A stretch of DNA of 64,000 nt, from NCBI GenBank assembly GCA_026936335.1, contig JAPMXV010000073.1, forward strand, positions 1-64,000, in the 5' to 3' direction. This DNA comes from Mantamonas sphyraenae STR306 (Eukaryota > Protista > CRuMs). A program made the position numbers and the translations under genes. This document shows, one piece after another, positions 61,817 to 64,000 of this stretch (its first letter is position 1; each line of letters opens with the position of its first letter). The notes beneath the pieces are model-generated. The model searched no databases, had not been told where the DNA came from, and saw nothing but the letters and a program-made list of their open reading frames with translations.

Positions 61817-64000
61817 ATGAGCACAAAGGAAGAGAGCGGTGCGCTGTGTCGGCGGTTGTTGGACTGTGAGGGCGAGGATGACCAGAGGAAGGCGTTGAAA
61901 GAGTGTGGGTTCCACAAGAAGGTCATCGAAGCCTTGATGGATGTGAATGCGTACGGTGTTGCGCTGGTGGAGCTGTATCAGATGGAGGACGACTGGATGG
62001 AGCTGCTGGATGAAGCTAGGATCAAGCGGGAGGGAGCGCTGGGACGGCGGCAGATCGAGCTTTGGGAGACGTTTATTCTGGACTGCGAGACCAAGGCAGG
62101 CATGGCGGTGGTGGAAGACAGGGGAGGTGAAGAGGAGGAGGAGGAGGCTGGTAAGTGAGAGGAGAGAAGAGGTTTGGGGGGGAAGGTTGGGGGAGGCGCT
62201 GACACCTGCCCGCGTGCTTGAGCAGAAAGGGCGTCCAGCTCGTCATCGGCAGGGAGTGTCGTGGGCATCATGGACTATTCACGTGTGATGCAGATGAGTG
62301 TGGTGCGTGGAGGGGATGTGTCGTCGGCAGGTTCGTCGAGTGGAGGAGGGGCGAAAGTGAAAGCGGGCGTTGTGAAGGAAGGGCAGATTGTGCCACACAA
62401 GCAAAACACGCGGGACAGGTGTGGATGGGACAAGGGCGGGATGAGCGATGTGCGTGTGCTGCTGCTGGGTTCGGATGGACAGGCACGAGGAAAGGTCAAG
62501 ATAAGCTGTGCAGAAGAGCAGAGGGCGGTGGAAGCAGCGCGACGAGTGGGCGGCTTGCTGACGAGTGCTGTGGGGGCGGCTGAACAGGTGGACTTTGTGG
62601 CGGAGATTCGTTCATTGAAGGCACCGATGGTGCACATCATGACACACATGGGGGTGGCAGTGGTGGAGGGAGAGGATGCCTCTGTGACGAGAAAGACGCT
62701 TGTGGACTCGCTGCGAGAAGCACGTCCCGTGGCAGTGTTTTTGAACGGATGCAGCAGTGCAGAGATGGCCATGGAGATCAATGACCATGTGCCACTGGTG
62801 ATTGGGTACACCGATGCTGTGGACGATCATGCGGCTTTGGACATGGCCAAGGTGTGGTATGGGAACATTGGGAGTGGAGAGACTGTGCAAAAGGCGTTCC
62901 GGGCTATGGTGGAAGCAGGAGGGGAGAAGGAAGGGCCGAAAGCACTGTTGTGTCTTTGGCAGGGCATGGAAGACACAGTGTTGGTCAACACGAGTGGAAA
63001 GAAGGCACAGGATGGATTTTCCAGGAGGCGTGTGGACAATCTGGGCAAAGCAAGAGAGCTTGTGCGACGAGAGGAGGTGCTGAAGGAGCTGCAGGAGGCA
63101 GAGGGAGTGGTGGTGGTGTGTGGTGCGCGGGGCATGGGCAAGACAAGCGTGGTGGAGATGCATGCGCAGGAGGTGAAGGAGAAGGGTGGCACGGATGTGG
63201 TGTGGTGGTGTGCGGGACAGAGCAGAGAGGCCTTGGTGAGTGACTTGCTGCAGTTGGGGGTGGTATTGGGCGTGTTCACGGATGCTGGAGTGCAGGCGGC
63301 TGAGAAGGAGGATGTGCGAGAGGGAATGGCAAAGAGGGTGATGCAGGCGTTGGATGGACAGCGGTGGATGTTGGTGATGGACGGGGTGGAGGCATGGGGG
63401 GATGTCAAGGCTTTTGTGCACGCAGGAGGTCGTGTGGTGATGACGACATGGCGGGATAGGATTTGGGACAAGCGGGTGGTGGACGCTGTGGTGAGGGTGG
63501 ATGTGATGCGGGATGATGAGGTGGATGCCGTGTTTGCGAGTGAGGGTGTGGTGGTGGATGGGGAGGAGGAGGAGGAGGCGTATGGGGAGCTGAAGAGGCT
63601 GCTGGATGGGATGGCATTGGCTGTGCGACAGGCAGCGGCAGTGATTGGAGAGTGGGGACAGGGTGGATCGGTGCAGAAGTACGTAAAGAGACTGGGACGC
63701 AGTCTGAGGCAGCTGGGAAAGAAAGTGGAGGGCGATGTGTACAGTGGAACAGCGTTGAGTGTGTGGCAGATTGCGATGGAAGAGGTATCGGGGAGGAACG
63801 AACATGCAGCAAGGTTGATAATGTGCATGGCGCTGTTGGATGGACAGGATCTGCCAAAGAGACTGCTGGTGACGCTGATGGAGCAGATTGCGGGTGTGCA
63901 GGACAAGGAAGAGGCGGAGGAAATGGCAGAGGAGGCATTGGAGGCACTGCAGAGAGTGTCGCTGGTGCAGCGGATGGTGGGGGAGGGAAGGAGTGGGTGG
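61817..64000 (+). CDS. NLR-like protein: SAM-like + CHAT caspase-like protease + NB-ARC (STAND); 3' end outside the window
   Basis: Exon 1 at 61817-62150, intron 62151-62225, then an open frame to the window end. PMVHIMTHMG and VFLNGCSS (CHAT His/Cys), GARGMGKTS (Walker A, 63122), MLVMDGVE (Walker B), VVMTTWR, DGMALAVRQAA, winged helix ALEALQRVSLVQ. Confidence 0.85.

Noticed and set aside
62612-63947. Long minus-strand His/Pro/Ser-rich ORFs, and similar shadow ORFs throughout the window
   Set aside because: Antisense shadows of GC-rich real genes; the coding frame here is on the plus strand.

Overview
Left end of a GC-rich eukaryotic, probably protist, chromosome. (CCCTAA)n telomere repeats at 1-130 are followed by a fast-evolving subtelomere of tandem gene families with short GT-AG introns, several with CTGAC/CTAAC-type branch points. 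In order, the window holds: two tandem genes built from an unrecognised ~190-aa repeat domain; a decayed giant SPRY/UBA/HECT E3 ligase; LRR-ankyrin genes ending in an F-box-like motif (five in the window, 5-20 hypervariable 84-bp repeats each); a Crinkler-like coiled-coil/REase/kinase gene between ~166-bp direct repeats; three N-terminal F-box genes plus a fragment; a frameshifted BTB-BACK-SPRY gene; five genes sharing a portable Cys/His zinc-finger header fused to RBR E3, vWA, Ubl-RBR or a short tail; a Cys-rich secreted-type gene; and a SAM-like/CHAT/NB-ARC NLR-like gene that runs off the window and is missing from the ORF track. Overall it reads as a ubiquitin-centred recognition/defence or effector island. 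Domain calls are from visual motif recognition only. Some frameshifts may be consensus errors.
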